Virus record (IMG/VR): IMGVR_UViG_2802429242_000009
Coordinates: 1 to 33,994 of that record
Origin: a virus
Lineage: Duplodnaviria > Heunggongvirae > Uroviricota > Caudoviricetes
Reading direction: 5' to 3' (one strand)
Length of the DNA: 33,994 bases
The notes below the pieces were generated by a model. The model ran no database searches, had not been told where the DNA came from, and saw only the letters and a list, made by a program, of their open reading frames with translations. Both the position numbers and the translations under genes were made by a program. Positions 16,082 to 26,401 of the stretch are shown in pieces. Position 1 is the first letter of the stretch, and each line of letters starts with the position of its first letter.

Positions 16082-16666
16082 TGGCAAACGCAAAACTGCG
16101 TTATCGGAAAAATCAAAGCATTACGAGAACTGAGCAACGGCTATCCATTACAAAGCCCATTTACGGGTGGGCTTGATAATGAAACCGGAATTTATTCTGG
16201 GCCACCAGTTAACGGCAGTACCACGAAACAACCCAAGCCAGTAAGTGGGGAAATAACACCGGCAGCCACTGAAAGATGAACCTCCTGCCTTATGGCAAAA
16301 AAGATTCTTTGTGGTGGCGGACTGATGGAAAGACATCCTAATTTCAGCCAAACATTGAAGGAGTTGTTATGTCAGCAGAAGGTTTCAATAACCCATCAAA
16401 ATTTCGGGATGAGTGGGATAGCAGCGTAAAGAGTAAGTGATGCCATCACAAAAGCCATTCCCTACAGAGTGGCTTTGATAATGGCTTATACCCTGCACGG
16501 GATAACTTAACTGATATCCCCACAAGCGGATAAAGAGGCTCTCAATGTCCGACATCTACATCATCAAACTGAATACGAACGACGGCGGCGAGTAAACGGG
16601 CAAGATGTCACGACGTCAGCCTGAGCTGGTTAATGGCTTTGTGCCGCTGGCGACCTAGACGGGAGT

Positions 16667-16676
16667 GGGGGGGGGG
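16667..16676. repeat. G10 homopolymer in an intergenic tract
   Basis: Ten consecutive G at 16667-16676, directly visible; not within any convincing ORF. Confidence 0.9.
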
Positions 16677-16816
16677 CGTACTTCGCTCCTGCTGATGTCA
16701 AGTGCGTGTAGTTCACGCCAATATCGGTAGGTGACGATAGAACTGTGGAATAGACATGGCATTATCCTGGACGTGTAAATGTTCAATCGGAAATGCCATG
16801 CTGGTCAGTTGGTTGC

Positions 16817-17035
16817 TTAGACCTTCTTATAAGAGATAGATCTTCCGAATGGTGGATATATAGAAGTTGAATCTTTAATTTCATAAGTGGCCACTACATT
16901 TCCCGCAGCGTCCAACTCACGGTAAAGGTATTCATCGGTATCCTGACCTTTTCGAGCTCCTTTCCAGTTAGAAGAGACAAGCTCCAGTGTATGGTCATCT
17001 GGAATGCCGATTTTCTGTTTGTATTCATCACTCAT
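16817..17035 (-). CDS. hypothetical small protein, divergent from the terminase operon
   Basis: 72-aa ORF MSDEYKQKIGIPDDHTLELVSSNWKGARKGQDTDEYLYRELDAAGNVVATYEIKDSTSIYPPFGRSISYKKV; ATG at 17035 with AAGGA upstream. Confidence 0.5.
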   Translation of the reverse strand: MSDEYKQKIGIPDDHTLELVSSNWKGARKGQDTDEYLYRELDAAGNVVATYEIKDSTSIYPPFGRSISYKKV

Positions 17036-17057
17036 GTGAAATCCTTAAAGGTAATTT

Positions 17058-17585
17058 ATGGCACTCACCGACAAACAAGAAATGTTCTGTCGCGAGTACC
17101 TCATCGATTTAAACGCCACGCAAGCGGCTATTCGGGCGGGGTACAGCGCAAAGACAGCTAACCGTACCGCATCCGAAAACCTGTCAAAACCTGACATCAA
17201 GTTAAGAATCGCCGAACTGAAAGCGCAACGCAATGATCTTGTTGGTATTAATGCAGAATATGTACTTAATCGCCTTCTTGAAATCGACCAGATGGATGTG
17301 CTCGACATTCTCCTGCAAAACGGTGAGTTAAAGCCCATTAAAGACTGGCCTAAAGTATGGCGCACAACGCTATCAGGAATGGATGTCGTGGAGATGGTAT
17401 CCGCAGATAGTTCCGCACTTCTGAAGAAAATCAAATGGCCAGATAAGGTCAAAAACCTCGAACTTCTTGGAAAGCATGTTTCCGTTCAGGCATTTAAAGA
17501 ACAAGCTTCTCATGAGCTAACAGGCAAAGACGGCGGCGCAATTCAGATTGAAACATCACCGATGAGCACTCTATTCGGAAAATGA
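17058..17585 (+). CDS. terminase small subunit
   Basis: 175-aa ORF immediately upstream of and overlapping the large terminase gene; N-terminal HTH-like region (MALTDKQEMFCREYLIDLNATQAAIRAGYS). Confidence 0.75.
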   Translation: MALTDKQEMFCREYLIDLNATQAAIRAGYSAKTANRTASENLSKPDIKLRIAELKAQRNDLVGINAEYVLNRLLEIDQMDVLDILLQNGELKPIKDWPKVWRTTLSGMDVVEMVSADSSALLKKIKWPDKVKNLELLGKHVSVQAFKEQASHELTGKDGGAIQIETSPMSTLFGK

Positions 17586-18997
17586 CCTCGATTAATCCTA
17601 TCTTTGAATCGTTCATTGAGGCGCATCGCTACAAAGTCGCCAAAGGCGGTCGAGGTAGCGGCAAATCATGGGCAATTGCGAGGCTGCTTGTTGAAGCGGC
17701 GCGTCGGCAGCCTGTGCGTATTCTCTGCGCTCGTGAACTGCAAAACAGTATCAGCGATTCGGTAATCCGGTTGCTTGAAGACACCATCGAGCGGGAAGGG
17801 TATTCGGCTGAGTTTGAAATTCAGCGTTCAATGATTCGTCATCTCGGAACAAATGCTGAGTTCATGTTCTACGGCATCAAAAACAACCCGACGAAGATTA
17901 AATCGCTCGAAGGCATTGATATCTGCTGGGTGGAAGAAGCGGAAGCGGTAACGAAGGAATCATGGGATATCCTGATACCAACCATCCGCAAGCCGTTTTC
18001 CGAAATATGGGTGAGCTTTAACCCGAAAAACATCCTCGACGATACCTATCAGCGATTCGTCGTAAATCCTCCAGATGATATTTGCCTGCTGACGGTGAAC
18101 TACACCGACAACCCGCACTTTCCTGAAGTTCTCCGTCTGGAGATGGAAGAGTGTAAACGCAGAAATCCGACCCTGTATCGTCACATCTGGCTTGGTGAGC
18201 CAGTGAGCGCAAGTGATATGGCAATCATCAAACGTGAATGGCTTGAAGCCGCAACCGATGCGCACAAGAAACTAGGATGGAAAGCGAAAGGCGCTGTTGT
18301 TTCTGCACATGACCCGTCAGATACAGGGCCGGATGCTAAAGGTTATGCATCGCGTCACGGTTCGGTAGTTAAGCGCATTGCCGAAGGTCTGCTGATGGAC
18401 ATCAACGAGGGTGCTGACTGGGCAACTTCGCTGGCGATTGAAGACGGCGCTGACCATTACCTGTGGGATGGTGATGGTGTTGGTGCCGGGCTACGCAGAC
18501 AGACAACGGAAGCGTTCTCCGGCAAGAAAATCACCGCCACGATGTTCAAGGGCAGCGAATCGCCATTCGATGAAGATGCACCGTATCAGGCCGGAGCATG
18601 GGCTGATGAAGTCGTACAGGGCGACAACGTTCGCACTATTGGTGATGTGTTCCGCAATAAGCGAGCGCAATTCTATTACGCGCTGGCTGACAGGCTTTAT
18701 CTGACATATCGGGCGGTTGTCCACGGTGAGTATGCAGACCCCGACGACATGCTGAGTTTCGACAAAGAAGCAATAGGCGAGAAGATGCTGGAGAAGCTGT
18801 TTGCAGAACTGACGCAGATTCAGCGCAAATTCAATAACAACGGGAAGCTGGAGCTTATGACTAAGGTCGAAATGAAGCAGAAGCTCGGTATTCCATCTCC
18901 TAACCTGGCTGATGCATTGATGATGTGTATGCATTGCCCGGAGTCGGCTGCGCAACCCGACTATTCCAGTTACTCAATTCCTTGTGGTGTAGGTTGA
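17582..18997 (+). CDS. terminase large subunit
   Basis: Walker A KGGRGSGKS near the N-terminus, ATPase plus nuclease architecture, 471 aa. Confidence 0.9.
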   Translation: MTSINPIFESFIEAHRYKVAKGGRGSGKSWAIARLLVEAARRQPVRILCARELQNSISDSVIRLLEDTIEREGYSAEFEIQRSMIRHLGTNAEFMFYGIKNNPTKIKSLEGIDICWVEEAEAVTKESWDILIPTIRKPFSEIWVSFNPKNILDDTYQRFVVNPPDDICLLTVNYTDNPHFPEVLRLEMEECKRRNPTLYRHIWLGEPVSASDMAIIKREWLEAATDAHKKLGWKAKGAVVSAHDPSDTGPDAKGYASRHGSVVKRIAEGLLMDINEGADWATSLAIEDGADHYLWDGDGVGAGLRRQTTEAFSGKKITATMFKGSESPFDEDAPYQAGAWADEVVQGDNVRTIGDVFRNKRAQFYYALADRLYLTYRAVVHGEYADPDDMLSFDKEAIGEKMLEKLFAELTQIQRKFNNNGKLELMTKVEMKQKLGIPSPNLADALMMCMHCPESAAQPDYSSYSIPCGVG

Positions 18998-18998
18998 T

Positions 18999-21197
18999 AT
19001 GGCAGAAAAAAAGATGACTGACTGGCATCGCAAGGTGCTGTGCAACTTTGATAATGCCTGGTCAGCAACGCAGGATATGCGTGAGCAGATTATTGAGGCT
19101 CAACGTTTCGTCCGGGTGTCCGGCGCACAGTGGGAAGGCAGCACAAACGCTGGTTACTCATTTGATGAAGGCAGGTTTGAGCATTACCCGCGCTTTGAAC
19201 TGAATAAGATTGCCCGTGAATGTGATCGCATCATTGGCGAGTATCGACAGAATCGCATAAGCGTTAAATTCAGGCCGAAGGACGATAAGGCATCGGAAGC
19301 GTTAGCCGAAAAGATGAACGGCAAATTCCGCGCTGACTATCAGGAAACATCCGGTGGCGAAGCGTGTGATAACGCATTTGATGATGCTGTAACGGGCGGA
19401 TTCGGTTGTTTCCGCATGTGTGCCGATTACGAAGATGAAATGGACCCAAGTAACGAGCAGCGACGCATCAGCCTTCTTCCTGTTTACGACCCAGCGACAT
19501 GCGTTTTCTTCGATCAGGACAGCAAGCAATATGACCGCTCTGATGCTATGTGGGCTATGGAAATGTTCTCAATGACGCCTAAAGCGTTCGAGGCCGAATA
19601 CCCTGGTTCCATCGCGGCAAGCCTTTCTCGTGATGACACTGGTACTCAGTATGACTGGTCAACGCCCGATGCCATCTATGTTGGACGCTACTACGAAGTT
19701 CGCATAGAGAAGGTGAAGCTCACGGCGTGGCGCAACCCTGTTAGCGGAGAAACGGCAATCTATGATGAAGAGCAAATCAAAGATATTGTCGACGAGCTGA
19801 CCGATGGTGCATTCGAACTGATTGGCGAGCGAACGGTGAAGAAACGCCGCGTTTATTGCGGCCTTCTGTCTGGCGCTGAATGGCTGGAAGAGCCGAAGCG
19901 TATTCCGGGCGAACATATTCCTCTCATCCCGGTATATGGGCGTCGCTCATTTGTTGATAATCAGGAGCGAATCGAAGGCCACGCAGCAAAAGCGATGGAT
20001 GCGCAGCGTCTTGAGAACCTGATGGTTTCCATGATTGCAGATAACGCTACTCAGGCTGGCGGTGATGGCATTCCTGTAGTTGATGTTGACATGATTCCTG
20101 GTACTCTCGCCACTCATTGGGCGGAGCGAAACAAAAAGCGCCCGGCGTTCCTGCCGATGGTCAGTCTGAAAAACAAAAACGGAGATATTACAGCGCAGGC
20201 TCAGGTCAGCAGTTATACACCTCCGACACAAATGCCTCCTGCTCTTGCCGGGCTATTGCAGTACACCGGAACGGCTATTCAGCAAATTACAGGTGCGTCG
20301 CAGCTTGAGAATATGCCGAGCAACGTCGCTACCGATACCGTTGATAGCATCTTTAACCGGATGGACACGCAGTCCTATATCTACATGGACAACATGGCTA
20401 AATCCATGCGCCGCGCTGGCGTCGTGTGGCTTTCTATGGCGCGTGAAGTCTATGGCAGCGATACGCCAATGCGCATCGTTAATGAGGACGGCAGCGATGA
20501 CGTGGCGCTGATGACTGGTGAAGTGGTTGACCGTCAGACAGGGCAGATTATCGCGCTTAACGACCTTTCTCAGGGTAACTATGAAGTGACTGTCGATGTC
20601 GGTCAGTCGTTCGCTACTCGCCGTGACGCAACGGTTAAGTCGTTACTTTCCATGCTGGCACTTATCCCGCCAGGAACGCCGAAACACGACCTTGTATCGT
20701 CGATGATCCTCGACAATATGGACGGCGAAGGGATGGACGACCTTAAAGAATACAACCGCAATCAGTTGCTTCTGTCTGGAGTTATCAAGCCGAGAACGCC
20801 AGAAGAACAGCAGATGGTTGAGCAGGCGAAACAACAACAGGCCAGTCAGCCAGATCCGGCTATGGTTGCTGCGCAAGGTCAGCTTCTTGCTGGTCAGGCT
20901 GAATTGCAGAAAGCGCAGAACGAGCAGGCAGCCATTCAGGTTAAAGCATTCCAGGCACAGACTGATGCTCAGGTTGCAGCGGCAAACGTTGTGAAAATCC
21001 TCGCATCTGCTGATAGCCAGCAGAAATCTGATATCCGCGAGGCTCTGAAACTGCTCGGACAGTTCCAGCAACAGCAAGGAGACAATGCCCGTGCTGATGC
21101 AGAGCTTGTCCTGAAAAGTCAGGCACAGGGCCATGCGCAGCGCATGGACATCAGCAGCATCCTGCAAAAATCAACTCAGCAACAACCACAGCAGTAA
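18999..21197 (+). CDS. portal protein (P22 gp1-like)
   Basis: 732 aa; conserved blocks shared with P22 portal (e.g. KRRRVY, GEHIP(L/I)(I/V)PV(Y/F)G) and the Gln-rich C-terminal barrel region (PEEQQMVEQAKQQQ...AELQKAQNEQ). Confidence 0.9.
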   Translation: MAEKKMTDWHRKVLCNFDNAWSATQDMREQIIEAQRFVRVSGAQWEGSTNAGYSFDEGRFEHYPRFELNKIARECDRIIGEYRQNRISVKFRPKDDKASEALAEKMNGKFRADYQETSGGEACDNAFDDAVTGGFGCFRMCADYEDEMDPSNEQRRISLLPVYDPATCVFFDQDSKQYDRSDAMWAMEMFSMTPKAFEAEYPGSIAASLSRDDTGTQYDWSTPDAIYVGRYYEVRIEKVKLTAWRNPVSGETAIYDEEQIKDIVDELTDGAFELIGERTVKKRRVYCGLLSGAEWLEEPKRIPGEHIPLIPVYGRRSFVDNQERIEGHAAKAMDAQRLENLMVSMIADNATQAGGDGIPVVDVDMIPGTLATHWAERNKKRPAFLPMVSLKNKNGDITAQAQVSSYTPPTQMPPALAGLLQYTGTAIQQITGASQLENMPSNVATDTVDSIFNRMDTQSYIYMDNMAKSMRRAGVVWLSMAREVYGSDTPMRIVNEDGSDDVALMTGEVVDRQTGQIIALNDLSQGNYEVTVDVGQSFATRRDATVKSLLSMLALIPPGTPKHDLVSSMILDNMDGEGMDDLKEYNRNQLLLSGVIKPRTPEEQQMVEQAKQQQASQPDPAMVAAQGQLLAGQAELQKAQNEQAAIQVKAFQAQTDAQVAAANVVKILASADSQQKSDIREALKLLGQFQQQQGDNARADAELVLKSQAQGHAQRMDISSILQKSTQQQPQQ

Positions 21198-21287
21198 TTA
21201 ACCCATAACGTGCAATGGCTGTCTTTATGAGGCCTGGCACCCTATTGCCTTCCGATGGGCTGAACATCGAGTAAACAGGGGTAACAA

Positions 21288-22181
21288 ATGGACCAGATGG
21301 CAGAAAACACACCAGAAGTTGAAATCGAAACCGACGCGTCAGAGCAGATTCCTGATGATGTCGAACTGGCTGAAGAAGTCGAAACAGAAGATGGCAGTGA
21401 GTCATCCGGCAATGATGTAGAGGAAGCTACTGAAACTGATGACGACGAATCAGAACAGGAATTCTACTTTGGTGACGAAAAGCTGGATTCGCCAACCAGC
21501 GAAGATGGCGCAGAGCATGGACTGGTAAAACACCTGCGCAAGACGATTAAAGAGAAAGACCGTGAGCTGAAAGAGCTGATGCGTCAGTCTCAGAAACCCG
21601 TCGAGCAGCAGCCGGTAATCACTCAACCACCGCGAATGCCAAAACTGGATGATGAGGACATCGGTTTCGATGAAGAAATCTACCAGCAACGCATGGCTAA
21701 GTGGGCAGAGGATAACGGCAAGTACCAGCAACAGGAGATGGCTCGCAAGCAGAAGGAGCGGGAGCTTCAGGCTGCCTATCAAGAGCGATTATCCAAATAT
21801 CAGCAACGTGTTAAGGCTCTCAAAGTTCCTGGCTATCAGGAAGCTGAGCAGGCCGTACTCGAGGAAATCCCCATCGAGACACAAAACGCGATCTTGTTTG
21901 AGTCAGAGAAGCCGGAAATCGTTGTTCTGGCACTCGGTCGCAACGCTGAACTGCGCAAGCAACTGGCAGAAGCTACCAACCCCGTAGCAATTGGTCGTCT
22001 GCTGGAACGTATCGAATCGAAGGCCAGAATCATGCCAAAAGCAAAAACCACGGCAGCCACAACCCCGACAGTTAAGGGGAGCAACGGCGCAGTAATCAAC
22101 AACCTCGACAAACTGAAAGCCAGGGCGCTGGAAACTGGTGACTGGACGCCGTATTTCGCCGCTAAAAAGGCAAAAAAATAA
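21288..22181 (+). CDS. scaffolding protein
   Basis: 297-aa highly charged helical protein with acidic N-terminus, between portal and coat genes; sequence diverged from P22 gp8. Confidence 0.65.
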   Translation: MDQMAENTPEVEIETDASEQIPDDVELAEEVETEDGSESSGNDVEEATETDDDESEQEFYFGDEKLDSPTSEDGAEHGLVKHLRKTIKEKDRELKELMRQSQKPVEQQPVITQPPRMPKLDDEDIGFDEEIYQQRMAKWAEDNGKYQQQEMARKQKERELQAAYQERLSKYQQRVKALKVPGYQEAEQAVLEEIPIETQNAILFESEKPEIVVLALGRNAELRKQLAEATNPVAIGRLLERIESKARIMPKAKTTAATTPTVKGSNGAVINNLDKLKARALETGDWTPYFAAKKAKK

Positions 22182-22199
22182 CCTATCGGAGCATTAAGC

Positions 22200-23453
22200 A
22201 TGGCTAACCAATTAGCAAAAGACCTTGAAATCATGTTCGAAAACTACGTTGAAGGCTTTGAGGCCGCCTGCGTAGTTTCCCGTAACGCTAAAAAATTCCG
22301 TCCCGGTGATACAGCAATGCAGCGAGCAGGTGATGTTCTGTATCGTCCGCAGCATTACCACATGAACATTGAGGAAGGCCTAGACCTCAGCGGCAAAACG
22401 CCAACAGCACTGGTTCAGCGCCTTGTTCCTTCTGTGTTCAAGGAGCCGAAAAACATTCTGTACACTCTGGATGCGCGTGAAATGCGTGACCCGGAACATA
22501 AAACTGAAGCTGGTCGCGCCGCAGGTATGCGCCTTGCTGCACAGATTGACTCTGACCTGATTTCCATGGTTACGCAGCGTGCTACTAACGTGATCACGAT
22601 GGCTGACTCAACCACAGGTTCACAGGGCCGTGATTTGTGGAACTGTGCGGCAGGTATTGATGCCACCATGACGGCGATTGGTGTACCTCAGGGTATCAAC
22701 CGTCGCTCTTTCTGGAACCCCTTCAACTACAAAGACCTTGCTGGCGAGCTTGGTCACCGTGCCTATGCTCAGGGCGCAACCCTGACAGCATACGAAAAAG
22801 CGCAAATCCCTCCGGTTGCGTCCTTCGATAGCTACAAGACCGATATTTCTGGTCGTGTTCCGAAGGGTACAGCAACTTCCATTACGCTGGCAGCAGCACC
22901 TGCGCACAAGGTTGAAGCGAAAGATGCTAACGATATGCCAGTGGATAACCGACAGGGGACCATTACGGTATCTGCTGAAGGTTTGCAGGTTGGCGATGCG
23001 TTTACCATCGCAGGGGTGAATTCTGTACACCAGATCACCAAAGATACCACCGGGCAGCCGCAGGTATTCCGCGTTCTGGCAGTAAGCGGAACGACAGTAA
23101 CTATCTCCCCGAAAATTCTGCCGCCTGACAACGCGGATGTCGCCAGCCGACCATATGCAAACGTTGATGCTAATGCGGCAAGTAGCGCAGCAATCACCAT
23201 TCTCAACAAAAATGCCGCACCGGCTAACCTGTTCTGGGCTGATGGTTCTGTTGAACTGATGTACGGCAAGCTGGCGTTCCCAACTGGTCAGGGTCCACAG
23301 GTAATGACAGCAACCACCGAGCAGGGCGCTACGCTGATCATGTCTTACGCCTTCGACCACATCAAAGGTGTAACCACTGCGCGTTTCACCACCCTGTACG
23401 GTTGCTCTGTACTTGTTCCTGAATATACGGGCATCGTTATTGCCGGGCAGTAA
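22200..23453 (+). CDS. major capsid (coat) protein
   Basis: 417-aa ORF in the P22 gene-5 position with GGAG RBS, followed by a strong intrinsic terminator. Confidence 0.8.
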   Translation: MANQLAKDLEIMFENYVEGFEAACVVSRNAKKFRPGDTAMQRAGDVLYRPQHYHMNIEEGLDLSGKTPTALVQRLVPSVFKEPKNILYTLDAREMRDPEHKTEAGRAAGMRLAAQIDSDLISMVTQRATNVITMADSTTGSQGRDLWNCAAGIDATMTAIGVPQGINRRSFWNPFNYKDLAGELGHRAYAQGATLTAYEKAQIPPVASFDSYKTDISGRVPKGTATSITLAAAPAHKVEAKDANDMPVDNRQGTITVSAEGLQVGDAFTIAGVNSVHQITKDTTGQPQVFRVLAVSGTTVTISPKILPPDNADVASRPYANVDANAASSAAITILNKNAAPANLFWADGSVELMYGKLAFPTGQGPQVMTATTEQGATLIMSYAFDHIKGVTTARFTTLYGCSVLVPEYTGIVIAGQ

Positions 23454-23460
23454 TTTTGGT

Positions 23461-23483
23461 GGGGCTTCGGCCCCATTTTTATT
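23461..23483 (+). terminator. intrinsic terminator immediately after the coat gene
   Basis: GGGGC (23461-23465) TTCG GCCCC (23470-23474) tetraloop hairpin followed by ATTTTTATT. Confidence 0.6.
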
Positions 23484-23494
23484 GGGAGAAGACA

Positions 23495-23683
23495 ATGGCA
23501 CGAACAATGCTCTATAAGCCTGGCAACATGATCACCTGTGGTCAGTTTGCTGTCGATTACATCATTGTTGATGACGAAGAAGTTAAATCTCACCTGAAAA
23601 AAGGCTGGGTAAAAACTCCTGAAGAAACCGCAACGAAGCATAAAGTGGCTAAGGCGGAAGAAGATGGCGAAAACGAAGGGTGA
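23495..23683 (+). CDS. small hypothetical protein
   Basis: 62-aa product from ATG 23495 (GGGAG upstream): MARTMLYKPGNMITCGQFAVDYIIVDDEEVKSHLKKGW... The ORF track starts earlier, inside the terminator hairpin. Confidence 0.4.
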   Translation: MARTMLYKPGNMITCGQFAVDYIIVDDEEVKSHLKKGWVKTPEETATKHKVAKAEEDGENEG

Positions 23684-24125
23684 TCTCGTTCTTAAGGCTT
23701 TACGAAAAGCCGGGCTGTATTCCAATGCCACGTTGACAGATGCTGACCCTCAGGCAATTGAAGATGCCATTAATGACCTCGAAGACATGATGGCAGCATG
23801 GCAGGCTAAAGGTATCGAGCTTGGATATCAGTTTGCTGATACAGAAAACGGCATCATGCCGTTACCTGACGATGATTCAGGTATCCCTGCATGGGCAAAT
23901 GATGGCGTCGCTTTGAAACTCGCTGTGCAAGTGTGCATGGATAACGTCATTCAGCCGTCAGACGCTCTCCTTACCGCTGCTGACAGTGCATATCAGACAA
24001 TCTGTATCGCTTTAACCAAAATACCACCACTTGAGCGGCGAAATGACATGCCTCGCGGTAGTGGTAACAAAAGCGCGTTTACGTGGAATCGGTTTTACAT
24101 CGAGAAAGATGATCCGAGTACGTGA
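23664..24125 (+). CDS. head-to-tail adaptor (P22 gp4-like)
   Basis: 153-aa product MAKTKGDLVLKALRKAGLYSNATLTDADPQAIEDAINDLEDMMAAW... aligns with the P22 gp4 N-terminus (recalled). Confidence 0.8.
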   Translation: MAKTKGDLVLKALRKAGLYSNATLTDADPQAIEDAINDLEDMMAAWQAKGIELGYQFADTENGIMPLPDDDSGIPAWANDGVALKLAVQVCMDNVIQPSDALLTAADSAYQTICIALTKIPPLERRNDMPRGSGNKSAFTWNRFYIEKDDPST

Positions 24126-24134
24126 GGTGAATAA

Positions 24135-25553
24135 ATGCCGATTCAGCAACTTCCGCTTATGAAAGGTGTCGGCAAAGACTTTCGGAACGCCGACTATATC
24201 GACTATCTGCCAGTGAATATGCTGGCTACACCAAAAGAAATCCTTAACAGCAGCGGATATCTTCGCTCATTCCCGGGCATTGCAAAACGTTCTGATGTGA
24301 ACGGTATATCGCGCGGCGTCGAGTACAACATGGCGCAGAGTGCTGTTTATCGCGTGTGTGGTGGCAAGCTGTATAAGGGCGAAAGTGAAGTCGGTGATGT
24401 TGCCGGAAGTGGTCGTGTATCAATGGCGCATGGTCGGACATCTCAGGCTGTAGGCGTTAATGGTCAACTGGTCGAGTATCGCTATGATGGCACGGTTAAA
24501 ACTGTCTCAAACTGGCCTACTGACAGCGGATTCACACAGTACGAGTTAGGTTCAGTTCGCGACATTACGCGCTTACGTGGGCGTTATGCGTGGTCAAAAG
24601 ACGGAACTGATTCATGGTTTATCACTGACCTTGAAGACGAATCACATCCTGACCGATACAGCGCACAATATCGTGCCGAGTCTCAGCCTGACGGTATTAT
24701 CGGCATCGGAACATGGCGAGACTTCATCGTCTGCTTTGGTTCATCGACGATTGAATATTTCTCCCTGACAGGTGCAACCACCGTTGGTGCCGCTTTGTAT
24801 GTCGCCCAGCCATCACTGATGGTGCAGAAAGGCATTGCCGGAACTTACTGCAAAACGCCGTTTGCTGATTCGTATGCGTTCATCAGCAATCCGGCAACTG
24901 GTGCGCCGTCTGTATACATCATCGGCTCCGGTCAGGTATCACCAATCGCCAGCGCGAGCATTGAGAAAATACTACGCTCCTACACTGCTGATGAACTGGC
25001 TGATGGCGTGATGGAATCGTTGCGGTTTGATGCTCATGAGTTGCTGATTATCCACCTTCCTCGCCATGTTCTCGTGTACGACGCATCTTCAAGCGCCAAT
25101 GGTCCGCAATGGTGTGTGCTGAAAACAGGCTTGTATGACGATGTGTACCGCGCTATCGACTTCATTTACGAAGGAAATCAGATAACGTGCGGCGATAAGC
25201 TGGAATCGGTGACCGGGAAATTGCAGTTCGATATCAGCAGTCAGTATGGGCTTCAACAGGAACACCTGCTGTTTACTCCACTGTTCAAAGCGGATAACGC
25301 CAGAGTGTTCGACCTTGAGGTTGAATCGTCAACTGGCGTTGCGCAGTATGCTGACCGCCTTTTTCTCTCTGCAACCACTGACGGCATCAATTACGGGCGT
25401 GAGCAGATGATTGAGCAGAATGAACCGTTCGTTTACGACAAACGCGTTTTGTGGAAGCGAGTAGGGCGCATCAGGAAAAATGTCGGCTTCAAATTGCGCG
25501 TTATCACGAAGTCACCTGTCACTCTGTCTGGCTGCCAGATAAGGATTGAGTAA
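24135..25553 (+). CDS. tail hub / head-completion protein (P22 gp10-like)
   Basis: 472 aa, the same length as P22 gp10, in the conserved position between gp4 and the needle gene. Confidence 0.75.
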   Translation: MPIQQLPLMKGVGKDFRNADYIDYLPVNMLATPKEILNSSGYLRSFPGIAKRSDVNGISRGVEYNMAQSAVYRVCGGKLYKGESEVGDVAGSGRVSMAHGRTSQAVGVNGQLVEYRYDGTVKTVSNWPTDSGFTQYELGSVRDITRLRGRYAWSKDGTDSWFITDLEDESHPDRYSAQYRAESQPDGIIGIGTWRDFIVCFGSSTIEYFSLTGATTVGAALYVAQPSLMVQKGIAGTYCKTPFADSYAFISNPATGAPSVYIIGSGQVSPIASASIEKILRSYTADELADGVMESLRFDAHELLIIHLPRHVLVYDASSSANGPQWCVLKTGLYDDVYRAIDFIYEGNQITCGDKLESVTGKLQFDISSQYGLQQEHLLFTPLFKADNARVFDLEVESSTGVAQYADRLFLSATTDGINYGREQMIEQNEPFVYDKRVLWKRVGRIRKNVGFKLRVITKSPVTLSGCQIRIE

Positions 25554-26401
25554 TGGCGGATTCGAATCTCAATGTGCCGATAATCATCCAGGCTACGCGG
25601 CTCGACACATCAGTCCTTCCACGCAATATCTTCTCGCAGTCATATCTGCTGTACGTTATCGCACAGGGTACTGATGTTGGTAACGTGGCGAACAAGGCCA
25701 ACGAGGCCGGACAGGGCGCTTATGACGCACAAGTCAGGAACGATGAGCAGGATGTGATTCTGGTCGATCACGAAATTCGACTGGCATCAGCTGAAGCGAA
25801 GATTCAGGACCACGAAACAAGGATCACTAACGCAGAATCGGCGATAGTCGGCCTTGATTCCCGATTAACGACAGCAGAAAACGATATTGATTATCTGACT
25901 GATGAAGTTATCGCCATTCAAAACACGCTTTCAGACCATGAAACGCGCATTGATGCTCTGGAGTATGCCACTACTCGCAAAAAGTCAGAGGTTGTTTACT
26001 CTGGCGTATCTGTAACCATCCCGACAGCGCCGACCAACCTTGTTAGCCTGCTGAAAACGCTCACGCCGTCATCCGGGACGTTGGCACCATTCTTCGACAC
26101 TGTTAACAACAAGATGGTTGTGTTCAACGAGAACAAAACCTTGTTCTTCAAGCTGTCGATCGTCGGGACGTGGCCCAGCGGAACCACCAACAGGTCAATG
26201 CAGCTAACATTCTCCGGTTCTGTCCCTGACACGCTGGTAAGAAGTCGCAACTCGGCGACAACAACCGATAACATCTTGTTAGCTACGTTCTTCAGCGTGG
26301 ATAAAGACGGCTTTCTTGCCACAAATGGCAGCACGTTAACCATTCAGTCAAATGGTGCGGCGTTTACTGCCACAACCATCAAGATAATCGCGGAGCAGTG
26401 A
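25553..26401 (+). CDS. tail needle (P22 gp26-like) with C-terminal extension
   Basis: N-terminus [67 protein letters not shown] is near-identical to P22 gp26; heptad trimeric coiled coil follows; 282 aa versus ~233 in P22. Confidence 0.9.
   Translation: MADSNLNVPIIIQATRLDTSVLPRNIFSQSYLLYVIAQGTDVGNVANKANEAGQGAYDAQVRNDEQDVILVDHEIRLASAEAKIQDHETRITNAESAIVGLDSRLTTAENDIDYLTDEVIAIQNTLSDHETRIDALEYATTRKKSEVVYSGVSVTIPTAPTNLVSLLKTLTPSSGTLAPFFDTVNNKMVVFNENKTLFFKLSIVGTWPSGTTNRSMQLTFSGSVPDTLVRSRNSATTTDNILLATFFSVDKDGFLATNGSTLTIQSNGAAFTATTIKIIAEQ

Noticed and set aside
15699..16137. Minus-strand ORFs 15699..15983 and 15718..16137 over the KilA-N gene
   Set aside because: Antisense to a gene with a good RBS and a recognisable domain; no independent support.
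20643..21167. 174-aa minus-strand ORF inside the portal gene
   Set aside because: Antisense to the conserved portal C-terminal region; composition dominated by Leu/Cys/Phe from the Gln/Ala-rich sense strand.
22620..23507. 295-aa minus-strand ORF antisense to the coat gene, plus 22832..23269 and 22415..22669
   Set aside because: Fully contained within the well-supported coat gene on the opposite strand; Cys/Arg-rich composition typical of antisense shadow ORFs; no RBS.
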